Positions 27,229 to 41,077 of a stretch of DNA of 64,000 nucleotides are shown here, piece after piece. The position numbers and the translations under genes are program-made. Below the pieces are notes generated by a model. It did not search any database. It was not told the origin of the DNA and saw only the letters and a program-made list of their open reading frames with translations. Source of the DNA: Auanema rhodensis (lineage: Eukaryota > Animalia > Nematoda); NCBI GenBank assembly GCA_964057225.1, contig OZ059895.1:6138001-6202000 (forward strand), in the 5' to 3' direction. Every line of letters begins with the position of its first letter. Positions within the stretch are counted from its first letter, which is position 1.

Positions 27229-30200
27229 CTTTTATAGTTAGTTTAATTGATCCTAGAAAAATCAATAGTTTTCAAAACAAATGGAAGATGTGTTCCGAGA
27301 AAAATCATCGTAATCTTTTACACAAAAATAGAAAGAACGATAAGACTGGCCTTCAGCGAAACATGGATTGACAGATTAACTCGTAGTATATAATGTGTAT
27401 ATATATCTTAGTATAAAACTAATAGAAAATGCAGGTAATTGGTGAAAGTTTATAAGCTTTGAAGCGTTTCAAGCATTAAATGAAATATGAAAAATAGGTT
27501 CAACTTGAATAAATGAAACATATAATCCAATTGATATATGTATATCAAATCAAATATAATTGTATCTTGAATTAGTAAAAATGATTTGAAGAAAGGAATA
27601 TAGTATCAATTATATAATTTGGTTGTTGTCTTAGATTTATATTTATAGAATGAGTAGAAGTATGCTGACAAGTAATATTCATGTATATTCATGTATATAT
27701 ATGGATATGGATATATTTAACTGAATGATATAAATAACTTTTTATATTTTTAAAAAAATTTAATACAAAAAGGCTATTAAGTTTTCTTTTACGTGATTTG
27801 AGTTAATTCTTAAAGATGAAAGTGAAAGGAAGAGCCTTTCAAATGGATGTTTGAATGGCTACTTTCGTTGATCTAACTAAATGATGAAGAAGTATGTGAA
27901 TCTTGAATGGGAAAAAACAGATTGAACGCATAAATTATTCATCACCGACCTTCGTTTTTGCTATCAACGTACTTGCTAGTATCCTCAACGTCATTCAATC
28001 ATATTTAGTATTCTTTTCACAAAAAAGGTCAATTTAAGTGCCACATAGAATCAGTCATATTACAGTTTATGTTTGAAATATATGTGGAAACGTGAGAAGA
28101 AGAAGAGAGGGAAAGATAAAGTGAAAATGTAAACATTTTATTCAAGATTTCGAATATATTCGAAGATAATAGTTTCGTTAGTTTCAAATATCATTGTTAG
28201 GATTGATATAGCTTTATAAGCTTCACTGTGTCTGCTAATGGACTGAAAATTACGAAGTTCGAAAGGAGAAAAAAGATTTTTAACAATGATAGATATGAAA
28301 TATTGTAAGAGATATTCACAATAATGATATTTAGGCTTGTTTTAAGAAAATTAGGATGAGAATGATGAGCAATCTGGCCCATTAGAGCAAACAACATGGC
28401 CTTTCGTATAGAAGTTGTAATGAAAAATGGGATGGTAGGAGGGAAACATAAGGTAAAAGATGGAGGAATATAGATATAGAGACAATAGTCAGGTAGGGGT
28501 AGGTCAACGACCCATGCGCCTTTCACATACAAGCTTGTCAGGCTAAGTGCAGAGGTATGTCTCTATGTTGTCAGCCAAATAAAGAAATTTGAGGTCTGAT
28601 GGCATCAGAAAATACAATAAGGATGACGTAAAAGTCGGCATCTGAATACGATAGATTGTGGGAAGAATTAATAATTAGAAGGAAAAATAAGAAAGCTCAT
28701 CTTATTTACAAATATCAGAATCATTATATTTTAATATAATATAGTTAAAGATGATGAGAAATATTACATTTATTGGTAGTATAATGAAAGAAAAGCATAA
28801 TCAAGGATTATTTTTCATTTTACATCGAGTCGGTTGGAGGAGTCGGGGAGACATTGGATACACACTACATGACTGGTCAAAGAAGTTTTAACGAGATATT
28901 TGAGAAAAAAAAAGAAAAAGCAAAGCCTGCAGAGAAGTTGATTGACAAGAGTTCGCACAGATACTATAGACCGGAAAATATATATACATATATATATATA
29001 TATATATTTTTATATATTTATTTATTTTTATATATTTTTTCAAAAAATTGGTTTAAGCTGTGAACACTGTGAGTTTGGTTAGAACTTGTACGATCAAGAA
29101 CTATTAATTGCATAAGAAAGCAAAAATAGTCTCTTCGTCAATGGAAAAGTTGGATTAAAAAAAAGTTGAAAAGACAAGAAATGTGATCAATTCATCATTT
29201 TTCTTGGCTAATAGCCAAATAAGCATTTTGACCCAATTAAAAGTCCTGGGGGAGGCGTTTAAACATTTGATTTGTTTCTAGGAAGACAAAACAATCTGAA
29301 AAAACGGGGAAAAAACTCAATGAAGGTACTACATAAGATCGTAAAAAAGGTTATCAATAATCTAACTAGTGTCTAATTGAGGTAAGATATAGTATATAGT
29401 AATGAGGTAATAGGTTAAATAGATGTTACATGTTAACCTTACTTGGACAGATGATAAGAATCTAAAAATATAGTAATGGAGGGAATATAATAGAAATATA
29501 ATTATATTCTAAGAGAGTATATATAAATAGTAGAGAAAAAAAGAAATATTATAGTATAAATGGTAAAACGAAATAAAGAGTAGATGTATGATCTAAAATA
29601 AAATTCATAGTACTATGTATAATGTGATTGCTATACAATCTTTCAATCAAACAACTAAAGTATCTTTCATTTTTTCACAAAACTTGAATGATAGAGCCAA
29701 GTAAAATGGAAGGAGTGGTCATCAGGCAGAATCTGAACAATCTGTTCTTTTTCCATAGCTATCTCTTCATTCTTCATCTTCTCCCACTCTTTCTTTCTAA
29801 CATCTTTCGTTCCAGGTGTGATCAATCGATATTTGAGGTTTGACTAAACTTTCTCACAAAACAATGAATCTCTCAGTCTGTGTTTCCTTTCACATTTAAA
29901 GAGACGATGCGATGTGGTAAAGTAGGTAGACGATTGTATAAATGAGGCACAATATTGAGAGATTGAAGCAGAATTTGTTATCAGATAGGTGAGATATAGC
30001 TGTTGCACCTCCCATATTCCCAAGTTACGATAGATAATATACGATAAATGAAGAAGAATATATCCAATAGAGAATTAAAGAAATATGGTTGGTAGATGAA
30101 GAGAAGCAGATAGTTAGAGAACAGATCACTCAATCATATCAACCTCTCTTCCCTTTCTTCTTTCATTTAGTTTCTCTACTGTCTACTTACTCTACAGATG

Positions 30201-31485
30201 ACATTGTGTAAACATAGCGTACTTCGCACTCTTTTGCTTCTCTTTCTTAAATGAATTCTAACACTCATTTTAACCGCATAATTATAAGAAATCAAGTTGG
30301 TGACAACTAGATATTCATCATAGCATTATCACTCAACTTACAAACACGACAGATGATAATGAAGCACTAGACCCTACCCTCTTCCAGATCTATCGTAATA
30401 AAAAGAGTTTTTAAGGTTATTGAGCTCCCTCAATTAATATATATAGCTCTGCATCAATATGATCTGATCAAAATTCAATTTTATCCCCGAAAAGTTGGCA
30501 ATAAATTCAGCAGCTGTCTGTGAAAAGCTTCAATAATCAGTGGAAGAAGAAAAAAATTCCAAATGTTCATCACTCCCATACTCGAAATAGCTTAATTCAT
30601 AGAATAATTCAAGATATCATTACGTTTCTTCTAAGAAGAAGAGAAGAATAAGGATGAGAATATTCAGAAATATTGTTGATATGTATGTAATATATGAACA
30701 ATAAATCCAATAAGTTTAAATAAAATATATTAGTAAAAACTATATTAACCAATAAATTTATATAATATTTAAAAAAAGTAAATGTAAAATGATTAATTAG
30801 CATGTTATAGAAATAACGTGAAATATACGTGCAAAGTAAAATTTAAAAACAAATTATTAATAGTTCATATTTAAATATTAAAATAAAATAAAATAATATG
30901 TATAGAATATAATATAATAATAAAATTTTTATAATTATACTATAGAATAGTCTCATCTTAACTACTAATTTCTGTTTACTAAGCATCAATTAGCATTTCA
31001 CAGATTGAAAAGTTTGAATGATCTCTTGCGCTCACGAAGTTTGTTTGAAAAAAAAAGTCTCATATTTATTTTTCTAATTTTTTATAGTTCCTTTAAGTTC
31101 TCAATGTTCAACTTTCAACATTGTTGAAAAAAAAACAAGAGTTCAAAACTCATATGATTTGAAATGGTAAAAGAAAAAAAATAAGAAATATAAAAGATAT
31201 TTATATATGCTATGTTTGTCTAAATTAACATATTCATACTGAAAAACAGATGAATATAACAAGAGAATAATGTTGAAAAAAAGAAATATTAAACATTATA
31301 AAGTATAAAACAAAAAGAAAGAGTAGGCATACAGCCTTGAAACCTGATTGAAAATGTACAATGAGCATGATGTAACCTAGAAAGATAAAGTATTGAGCTT
31401 GTAAATGTATAAACAGGATTGTAAAATAAGATATATGTATAGCATAATATTTCTTAAGATAAATTGGTATTTCTTCTCCGAAATT

Positions 31486-34038
31486 TTAGGCACTATGACT
31501 TGAAACAGATGGCAATGTTTGCGGATAGATACGATTAGTGATGGGATGCGAAGCTACTCGAACTGGAGGTAGACTTATAGGTCCAACATGACGTCTGAAA
31601 CAAAACTTCCGATAACGTTATACTCTATATTTCGCATAATTTACCTATCAGATATAGATGGTACGGCTAAACGTTGTGGTTCTGATAAGACATCAACTGA
31701 AAATTACAAAAATATATTCAAAGAAATATTATTATTTGAATAATTAATTAAAAAATAAATTTAGAACCTTGCAAATGGTGTACACGCACTGATTCTGTAG
31801 TCGTTTCTGTAGTTTTATCTCTCATCTAAAAGTATTATCAAAGATTTTGAAAAGATTTATAGAAACTTACTTTGTTTCGCTGATCAAGAATATAATTATA
31901 AGTAGATTGACCATTTTTATCTGAAAAAAATGGATATAGAATTCTATATAACAAATGAAATTGAAAAAATAATAAATTATAATAATAGTTTTTAGAAAAA
32001 AAAAGATCAAAAATCTCACATAATTTCACATGAAACCATAAAAGATGACTTGATGAAGCGAATATGATAATTGAAAAAAATAGAATTAAAACACATATGA
32101 TTAGCCATAATATTGAGTTGAAATTTGGATAAAATACTAGATCTATAGTGAAAGATGTAGCTGAAATTGTTTTTGATTTTAATTATATGGTTAAAAGATA
32201 TTATTACATACTTTTTGATAATAATGTTGTTGAGTTCGTCGTCCATAGAATTAACATAGTTAAGAAACAGATAACATGTAGAAGTGAGTTAAAAGCTATG
32301 TAGAAAACAAAAACTATAAACAATCTGAAAATAAAATTGATAATAATCATAAAACTTGTTCTAAAACATGTTTTGTGCATATTTGAGGTTAACTATATTT
32401 TTAAAAAATATTATATCATTCTATTCACATATGTGTATCAATGAATATTTTATAACTAATAAATCTGGAAATGTTATTCTTGACGACAATTTGTCAAATA
32501 TTTGACGTCAATGTACATTCTCAGACAATTCTTATTATTTTTGGAAACATATTTTTCAATGCTGATAAGAAGTTCTCATATTTGAAAATAGATTATCAGC
32601 ATATTTCATTCGACCAATTCGCGGAAAACGATTATATGTTGAGTGAATTATGAAAAAGATTGTTGCGAACCTGTAATTTCGACTACCAATACAAGCATTC
32701 AGCCAAGTACAATGATGATCAAACCCAGCAATGCAAGCATTACACTGTCGACAGTGTTTTGTTCCCTTGGGCCTGGAAAGAAAACTATTCAATACTCCAA
32801 AAAATTGAAGATATTTTTCTTTTCAAATTTGATGTTAGTTGAGAAAAAAAAAGTTGTTTACGTATGATTGAATAGATCAACATACAATTTTGATGTTTGT
32901 ACATAACTTTGGTTGGATTATCAGATTCTAACAACAAAAAATCTTCAAAGTAGACTTGTAAACGTCTTTTTCATAATATAGTAAATATAAATCTTTCGGC
33001 AACAAAAGACATCTTTAAACGATTATAAATAATATATTTGAATAAATATAATCAAGAAAATCCTTGTAATTAATGTAATACTTACGCTTGTATTTGGCAA
33101 ATTTGGCAAAACTCGTTCTCAATAACATGACAGTTCGGCCTAGATACATAGGGTAATGGTTTAAATCCTAAAACAAACAAAATAAAAAAGAATATTCTAT
33201 AATAATAAGTGACAATAATCATGATGTAATCAATTGATCATTGTTGTTTTGTTTCAAATTTGATTTAAAGATGTTATGAAGATTTAGTAACAGAATATAA
33301 ATGGACAGACGTAAATGAGGAAGCCATGTATATTATAGTATAATATTTATATACAGGTTTCTTCATGTATGTTCATCATTTATCATTATAAAATATATTT
33401 TCAAATAAAAAAATCTTTTTATACACAAAATTAACTAACCATGTTTTCGTTTTTCTAATAATTCAATCATTATTGAATTTGCAAAATGCATAGTAACTAA
33501 AAGACTGATGAGAATGATACCACATAGGAAAATAGCTGAAAATCAGATAATTAAACCACTAACTTTTTCATTTTTAAGTGATTTCCTGTTTCATTTTAGA
33601 GTTTCTAACTAGTGGAAGTGAAGCATGAAAAAATAGCATTTTCCCTATCTTACATGAAACATTTTGAAAGTAGTACATATCCCTATAGAAGTTAATATAA
33701 TTTTTAATTTTAATTGAATATTTTGAAAAGATTTCGAAAACAAAAAGAATTTGTAACCAAATATTTCAAAATAATTATAAAAACTTGTCCAAAAAAGTTA
33801 ATAAGGTGTATACATATATCATGTTGTATCGAAAAGAAAATAGATATTATACTAAAATATAGTTAAAAACAAACAAAATAATAGAATTTTAATGAATAAG
33901 CCAAGCATATAAACTGAAATCCTCACCTAGGGAGCAGTATGGAAAGACAAAAGCTGATGTTAAAAATACTGTTAATGGTACCAGGACAATATTCGTCACA
34001 TATACTAGAATCTGAAGAGCACTAGGATATCGGCCCAT
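31486..34038 (-). CDS. DHHC-type palmitoyl acyltransferase (ZDHHC1/11-like architecture)
   Basis: Two N-terminal TMs, then [49 protein letters not shown], two more TMs, [16 protein letters not shown] and tail ...PSVSSHSA*. Confidence 0.9.
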
Positions 34039-36715
34039 ACTTCTGGGAATATTTTGTTTAAAGCTGCTATTGCTCGCTCTCCGACGAGAGCGGTAACTCC
34101 GCAGCGGAAATAGAACCGTCGCTCCTCAGTGTAGTTATTGCACTACTCACCTGAACACAACAAAAGTTAAAGCATTCAAAGTAAGAAAGGCGGATAAAGG
34201 CGAGAGTAGGGGAAAGAGAATAAATCAACCAGAGCTAGAGTCACTAAGGGCAAGACCGGGAGAGACTAGGTAGTATAACTTCACTCAGTCTGCAAAAAAA
34301 AGGAGAAATATACAATGAAAAGGAGAACACATACAAGAAAAAAGTTTTGATAAAGTGTAGTTTCATTAGCCTTACGGGTGAAAACGAAACACCTGCTATA
34401 TTTCATATAGTACTAAGTATGTGTTCAAACTTGAGAAAAATAAATTATATGTTTCAAACGAAATCTACAAATTTTTAACGAAGAAATGTTATTTTGCCAC
34501 ACGCATAGAAATATGCTGAATTGAAAAGTTGGAAGACACAACTTGGAAGACGAGTAGGAGGAGCAATGAGCGTAGAAGTATAAGATAGAAGCCTCATTTC
34601 TATATATGGAAATTTGACCAAACACATCTCCATGACAACGAAAAGGCGCTCCTTCAGACTAGGCAAGTAAAAGCTCTTAGTGTCTTTTATTTTCAAAAGT
34701 TAGTATTGAAGGAAGAGTGAACATTCAAATAAAAATAGGAAATAGGAATTTCTAATATTTATATTAGTAATATAAAGTTATAACAAATCATATATATATA
34801 TATATATAAGACGTTTTATCGATTAAAAAAACACGAATAAACTGAGCGTAAGATAATACTAATTCTAAATTGAGTTGCATAAAAGTTATAACTAAACTAT
34901 AAAAATATATTTAAAATCGATTACAAACGCTATACTTTGAGAAAAAACACGAAACATTATTACAAATAATGAATGACACAAGAATAAACATATACCAAGT
35001 ATATAACTCAAGAAGAATATCAGTAGCATTCTAACATCTGATAAATATTACTAAAAGGAAGTAATTACTAATACAATTAAAGCATTATCTTTTAAAATGT
35101 ATATTTTATAAACATAATTATGATAAGTATATAAGCATAAATTAATTAAATCGACTAATTTATAGTTTTTCGGAGTAAATTCAATTAATGTTTGATAAAG
35201 GCTGTCTGCTCCGAGTTGTTAGTGAAATTGAAAATCGTTTCAGTGTGCACCAAAGTCATATTTATCATAGAAATAATGCATACCATTTCAAATATCTGAT
35301 AATCTTTCTTTCTCACAATCTCTTTTATAATTTAAATTGACGCAGATTGTCCACATCAATTATACTAGCAATCACATGCAACTGCTTCTAGGCAATAATA
35401 AACACAAAATGGGATAATTTAAATTGCATACAATTCACGTATTGACGTGGAATCTAAAATTTATCTAAAAGTTTGTAAACCTTTAGAAAGCTAAATACTC
35501 ATTTCCTCATGGATTATTCATTTGCATAGTTCTATAAATTCGATCAGTGAATTCGTAAAGTATTTATCCATTAAACTACTCTTAGAAGCAGAGATGAAGA
35601 AACTTCTCGTTTAGCAGCTTGCTTGTATTATATCTATCAAATAACTATAAGACAAAAATGCTCTTTTCTCATATGAAAACTTTTTTTAAAATGTATGGAA
35701 AAAATGAAAACAAGGAGATCTAAACCTATCCCTGGTCTTATGCCTTGTAAATTCGCCAAGTCTAAGCATGATCAACGTCACACGCCTACGATCCCTAGTT
35801 TTCTTCCGTCAAGAACTATGATGACAGCTAGCTTTCTTTTTCTAACATAGAAGATTCTCCTGAATGCTCCAATGCGATTTCCTTTGCAGGCTCAGTCAAC
35901 TCTTCAACTGCAATGTATGTCCGTCAGATCTATTCAACTTCAACGACAAGATGAAGCACTTCTTTTTGAAGTTCAACATGCGTAAAAAGTGAAGGTGCTA
36001 AAATTGGCATCTACATAGAACCCTCGAAAAAAAGAGAAAAACCTTAACGCCAATTGAAAACAATAAAAAAAACACTTCACTAATGGGTTGTAGGATTCAC
36101 TTTATTCCATTGTCCAAAAGCAACTACACTAAAGCCATGCGAAAGAAAATTATGGATAATAATAATCTAACAGGTACAAAATCAGCGAAAAAAAAGAAAA
36201 AAATATGAACACGGTAAAACCTCAATAAGAATGATTATTAACAAAAATAAACTAGTTAAGGAGTAAGTACGAAATAAGTTTCCTTCAGAAACTAAAACAA
36301 AACATCAAGTTTGAGACCGAAAAAGGTAATACCATATTTAAAATAATTACAGTTCTAATGAACAAAAATGGCAATGGAATATTCGACCCAATAATTTACA
36401 TGAACACTTCAGAAAATAATCCTTTTAACCGTTCAATGTAGAATGGCAGAAATGCCTTGTGGCGTAACTGGCTGTTTTAGATACGACAAAAAATACACCA
36501 TGATACATTTGATATATTTTAAAAAGAATCACCGGATGTGAAAAAAGAAATAGCCGCTGTTAGCTCACTATGTTTCCAGATCCAGAGTATGAATGCTGGA
36601 AAACTGTTCTACTTTTATAGTTCTACGGAGGATTGTCTTTCAAGTCTACGAATATTAGGAAATCGAGGAAAATCGAATCTTGAGCAAACTAATTGAGACA
36701 GATGACTGCTTCTGC

Positions 36716-39700
36716 TCAGACAAATCGGTTATACTGTTGTAGAGTATAATATCTAGCTGGTTCATAATACTCATGTCGAATAGTTGAAAGCCAGGGCACA
36801 CCTTCCAACCAGTCAGAACCTTCGTTACGCTTAAAAGGGCAAATATTAAATATTAAAACTGAAGTAAAAACAAACCTCAAACACTGTAATTAATAAGGCT
36901 AATATTAAGAGAATTATTAAGAATGATACGAAAAACACGTTTGATACACTAGTTTTACTTGAACTAGTAGGATCCGTTGATATATGATTATTTTCTTTTT
37001 TGTGTGAAGTTCCATTTTGGTAAACAGCCTACAAGTCCATAAAATAGAGTTCGCTAAGCAATCGAATTACTCACTTTGCCATTCATCCTTTTCTCCATCT
37101 TATCAGAAATAGGAGTGCTCGTTACCATTTTTGAAATGGCCTCTGCCGACATATCTTTATGAATTTCATCAGTCGTTAGTTCCTGAAGAAACAAAAATTA
37201 GGAAAAATAATTGCCTAGTATTTTGCTAAGTTTGCACATTCTAATTCAAAACTTTAAAAGAGAAGAGCAGAAAAATTGTATAGCAGCTTAGAAGTATAGG
37301 AGCACACATTATTTGAACAAATAAAAAATGAGCTAAGCGATGTTAGGACTAAACAAGTGAAAAAAGCAAAAGTACAGGCAACACTGCAAATATAAATGTG
37401 GTAATTCAACTTTAGCCCAGCATAATAGAATGAAAAAAAAACAACCAGAAATCTTTCTTTCTATCATATGGCTTTCTATCTTATCACAGGAATCATATGA
37501 ATAGTGTATCTTGGTTCTTACCGAATTCTGAGCAATTTTTTCATATTTCACTAGATGGACAATGAACGAGGCCTGAAAAAATTGTCAAGCACCCTCATAT
37601 GCATTGAATACATGTTAGTTATACATGAGAATGAAAAGTAAGATGAAGAATACTTATAGAAACGCTATTATATATTACTTCACATACGAAACGTTATCAA
37701 ACATGCAATGCATCTCATCACGAAAAGCTCAAATTCTCTCAAAGATACTCCTCAGATTAGTTACACTTTACCAATTATAAGCAATGTGAGTTTCAAAAAA
37801 TTGAAAGTGTTAAATCGTGTTAAAAGATTCCGAACTTACTGAGTCATTTCTACCGGAATCGGTGGATTTATTCAAGTTCTCAAAGGTAGATGAGGTTGAG
37901 GGAAAAGATTTACACACCATTGGCGATTCATCGAAAATGATTGGAGAACGTTGGTTTTCAGTTCGAACTAAAAGGAAAACATCGTTAAACACACCGGGAT
38001 AAAAATTATAATCTGGGAAAAAAGAACAAACAACTAAATATTACCACGATCAGCATCATTTTCCATTGAAGCCACAGAAGTGTCATTATTGTTATCAACT
38101 GGCTTACTAACAGGAGCCTTTTGCGATTGATTGCTGATACTTTTGTTCAACCAAGGCTGATCAGGTCGTGGATCATGCTTAGCTAACGGATAACGTTCAA
38201 AAGAAACATTAGTTCTTAAAAAGAAGAGTTGGAAATTAGTTGGAAATAGTTAACATACTCATTGAATGAGAAGTCATTTTCATCGGAACTTGAGTTGAGA
38301 GGTGCTGGATGAGATAATTCAATTTCACGCAAAACTTTTTGCGAAGGGTAACGGAAAGTTGAACCCCTTGAAAGCAAAGGTATTCTCGGCCTTAAAAAAA
38401 ATCTTTAATTAGAAAAAAGAAAATATCCTACTTCGAGAATATAGGTTTAATCATCTGGGCACACTCTTCATTGAAGAAGGCTTTTTGGGAAAGAATGTGA
38501 CTCCATAAATGTTTTGCGAATGTCCCATTAGGACAGTTATATTTCAAAACCAGACGCGATTTCTTATCCTATAGAAAAAAATTGATGAGAAAAAAAAGTA
38601 AACTAAAGAACCTTTTCCAGCGTTGTCTCAGAAGTTTCACCAATAGGTGTAGGCGGTACATACTGATCAACGAGTAAAACACGAATTTCTTTTCCAATAT
38701 AGTCCACTTTTGATAATTGTTCCCTGAATATAACAAATTTTTTTAAAATCTTATACACTTTCACACCATAGAATGTTATGAGTTTTCTGATTGTTATGAA
38801 ATATTAGAATTCCACGATGATTTACACCCAAAAAAACATCTCCTCCATCTTTAATATCCTGAATTAATATTTTAAGTGTTCCAATCCTAAATGCTCCAAA
38901 CCTTCACCGTGAACGGGTCAAACCCATACGTATCCATAGGTGCTGCTTTTCTTAAAAATTCGCATTCAGCCTCTTCGGTCGTCATACCTCTGTAACAACG
39001 AAAGGAATACTAATACAAAATTCACTTTTGTTTTTTGAACTATTTCAAAGGAGCATGACACAGAAAGAGAAAAAACAAAAATAGACTAGTCCTGAGACAA
39101 TCATAAAACATTGGTCATTCCCAATTAAATGAAACCTTGTTTGAATATAACAAGTTTTTTTCGCCAACGATGCAAGGAAATACATTTAAATTGACCCAGC
39201 ATCATTTTTACAACACTTTTGTTGCTTTCATACTCAAAAAAAATTAATGGTACCTGTAAGATTTATGCAATTCGGCAATTCTTTCCTCGTTTTTAGATGT
39301 TTGACGTAGTAACAGACTATATTGAGATACATAGTTACCAGGATGTTTTTCCTCGTCATAATTCCCAAGCTGTGCTATAAATAAAAAGATTGCGCAATTT
39401 TGATATTTTGAATTCACCTTGTAAAATGAGTCCCGCTAATTCAACTGCTTTTACTTGTGGACAATAAAGTCGTCCGTGGAAAAGATCTCTCTGCAATTGA
39501 GCAAACAGCTGATATCTGAAAAAATAAGGATGATACTATTGTTGAGGAAAAAAAAAGATAAATACATAGTGATGAAGCACATAATGTTGAGTAGCAAAAG
39601 CTCAACACAATAACGAAATAAACAAGCAGCATAGAAAACATGGGAACTCAAAACAAACTAGTAACTAGCCTGTTCAGTGAAAGACATGACCAGATAATCA

Positions 39701-41077
39701 ATACCTCAGAAGTAAACAAAAAATAACAAGTAGTTTTTCTAACCTTGTATATGAATCGGAGAGAAGTGTTGGATGCGCAGGATAGAATCGGAATCTCAAG
39801 CGCAAAAAGAGAGTATCTCCTAAAAAAAATTATATATTATGTATAACTGTAAACATTCAGATGCATAACTTTTTATGACATTCAAGCTCGATGCATACAG
39901 GGACAAATAATACTAAACTTGCCTTTTATGTTCTTTGTAATATGTGAAATAGGACGGGAAAGATCGACCCAATACTGAAAATAAGATCTTGAATTTAGCA
40001 CTTACACAATATTTAAATACCCGATGTCTATTATGATCTTGATAGCGAAGTCCAAAGTAATCTTTATCTTTGATATTTTTTACTTCACAAATGTAATCAA
40101 GAATAGTCTGAGCTGGTAACGACCTCTGAAAATGAGAATAATTAGATGTGTCCCCGTGTCACTTCTTCAGATAGTCAAAAGTGATTAGTCTCATTCACAA
40201 ACAAGGAGAGAACGAACCCCACACATCGCTTTCACTCATTCAAAAATCGATCGCAATGCCAAACACATACACACAAGAAAGACTTCCCCGGGTAACCCAC
40301 TACGTCTCCTCGCGCTTTTCTTTTCCTATTTCTCTTTCTTTTTCTTCTGCCTTAAAGAGGAAAACAGTCCCGGTTTTATTTCGTTATTTCCTTTTCTCTA
40401 TACCTTCCCTTCACCAAAGAAATTGCTATTACGAGGTCGAAAAAATGTAGGCAATTTACGTTGGGTAATGTATTGCGCTGGATGGAAAGGCAGAATCGCA
40501 TGGCGAAGCACCGATAAGATTAATGTATTATCAGTAATACGCATGCAGCATTAATAATAGAGGAAACAAAATCAAAAAGCGTAAATTTTAATATTCTTTA
40601 GAAGATTGTTTCATATTGTCCCAAGTTCATCTGACTGATCATTTCAGATGACACATCCTAGGAAGCAGATAAGAAACAAATAAATCCAGAAAAAATCAAA
40701 AAGTGTAAAAGAGCAAAGATATGACCAGCTGGCACGTATGTGAATCGTTAAGAGGGTTCATGATGATGACAGCGAAAAATCAAATTGAAAATGTAGTTCG
40801 ACAAAGAATGGTTGGTAACGCTTGAAATACTAAAGTTTGAAAGAAAAAATATACAACACACAAGGAAAATATCGATAATAATGACAATAGAAATAGTCAT
40901 AGTAAGATGCAGAAATATTAAAGAAAATGTTAAACGATTACTAACCTTAAATTCATTAGAAATAGCATCTGAATCATTCAGCAACTGCACAGTTACTTTG
41001 ATGTCTTTTGGCGAAATAAAGCTACTTCTAGCCGAAAGCCGACCAAATAATGATGAAGAAGAAGTGTTGTGAGGCAT
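36716..41077 (-). CDS. FERM + FERM-adjacent domain protein with a C-terminal transmembrane helix (FRMD3/FRMD5-like)
   Basis: VTVQLLND, KDKDYFGLRYQD..YWVDLSRPI, LRFRFYP, YQLFAQLQRDLFHGRLYC, AECEFLRKAAPMDTYGFD, AKHLW...KAFF and SRGSTFRYP. C-terminal TM VFFVSFLIILLILALLITVFE followed by IRHEYYEP. Stop TGA at 36716-36718. Confidence 0.88.

Noticed and set aside
29403-29450. let-7-like 22-mer tgaggtaataggttaaatagat in a small hairpin
   Set aside because: Four mismatches to let-7, including position 8, and the stem is too short to hold the whole arm; not a credible pre-miRNA without small-RNA data.
30481-30579. 32-aa minus-strand ORF MGVMNIWNFFLLPLIIEAFHRQLLNLLPTFRG resembling a tiny secreted amidated peptide
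   Set aside because: Too short, no supporting splice or poly(A) context, and easily arises by chance.
35200-35990. Exon-like plus-strand fragments between the DHHC and FERM genes
   Set aside because: Could not assemble a consistent reading frame or recognise any homology.
37810-37839. Apparent early stop (ESFNTI*) suggesting a soluble FERM isoform
   Set aside because: A perfect phase-0 GTAAGT donor at 37839 precedes the stop and links to the downstream exons, so the stop is intronic.
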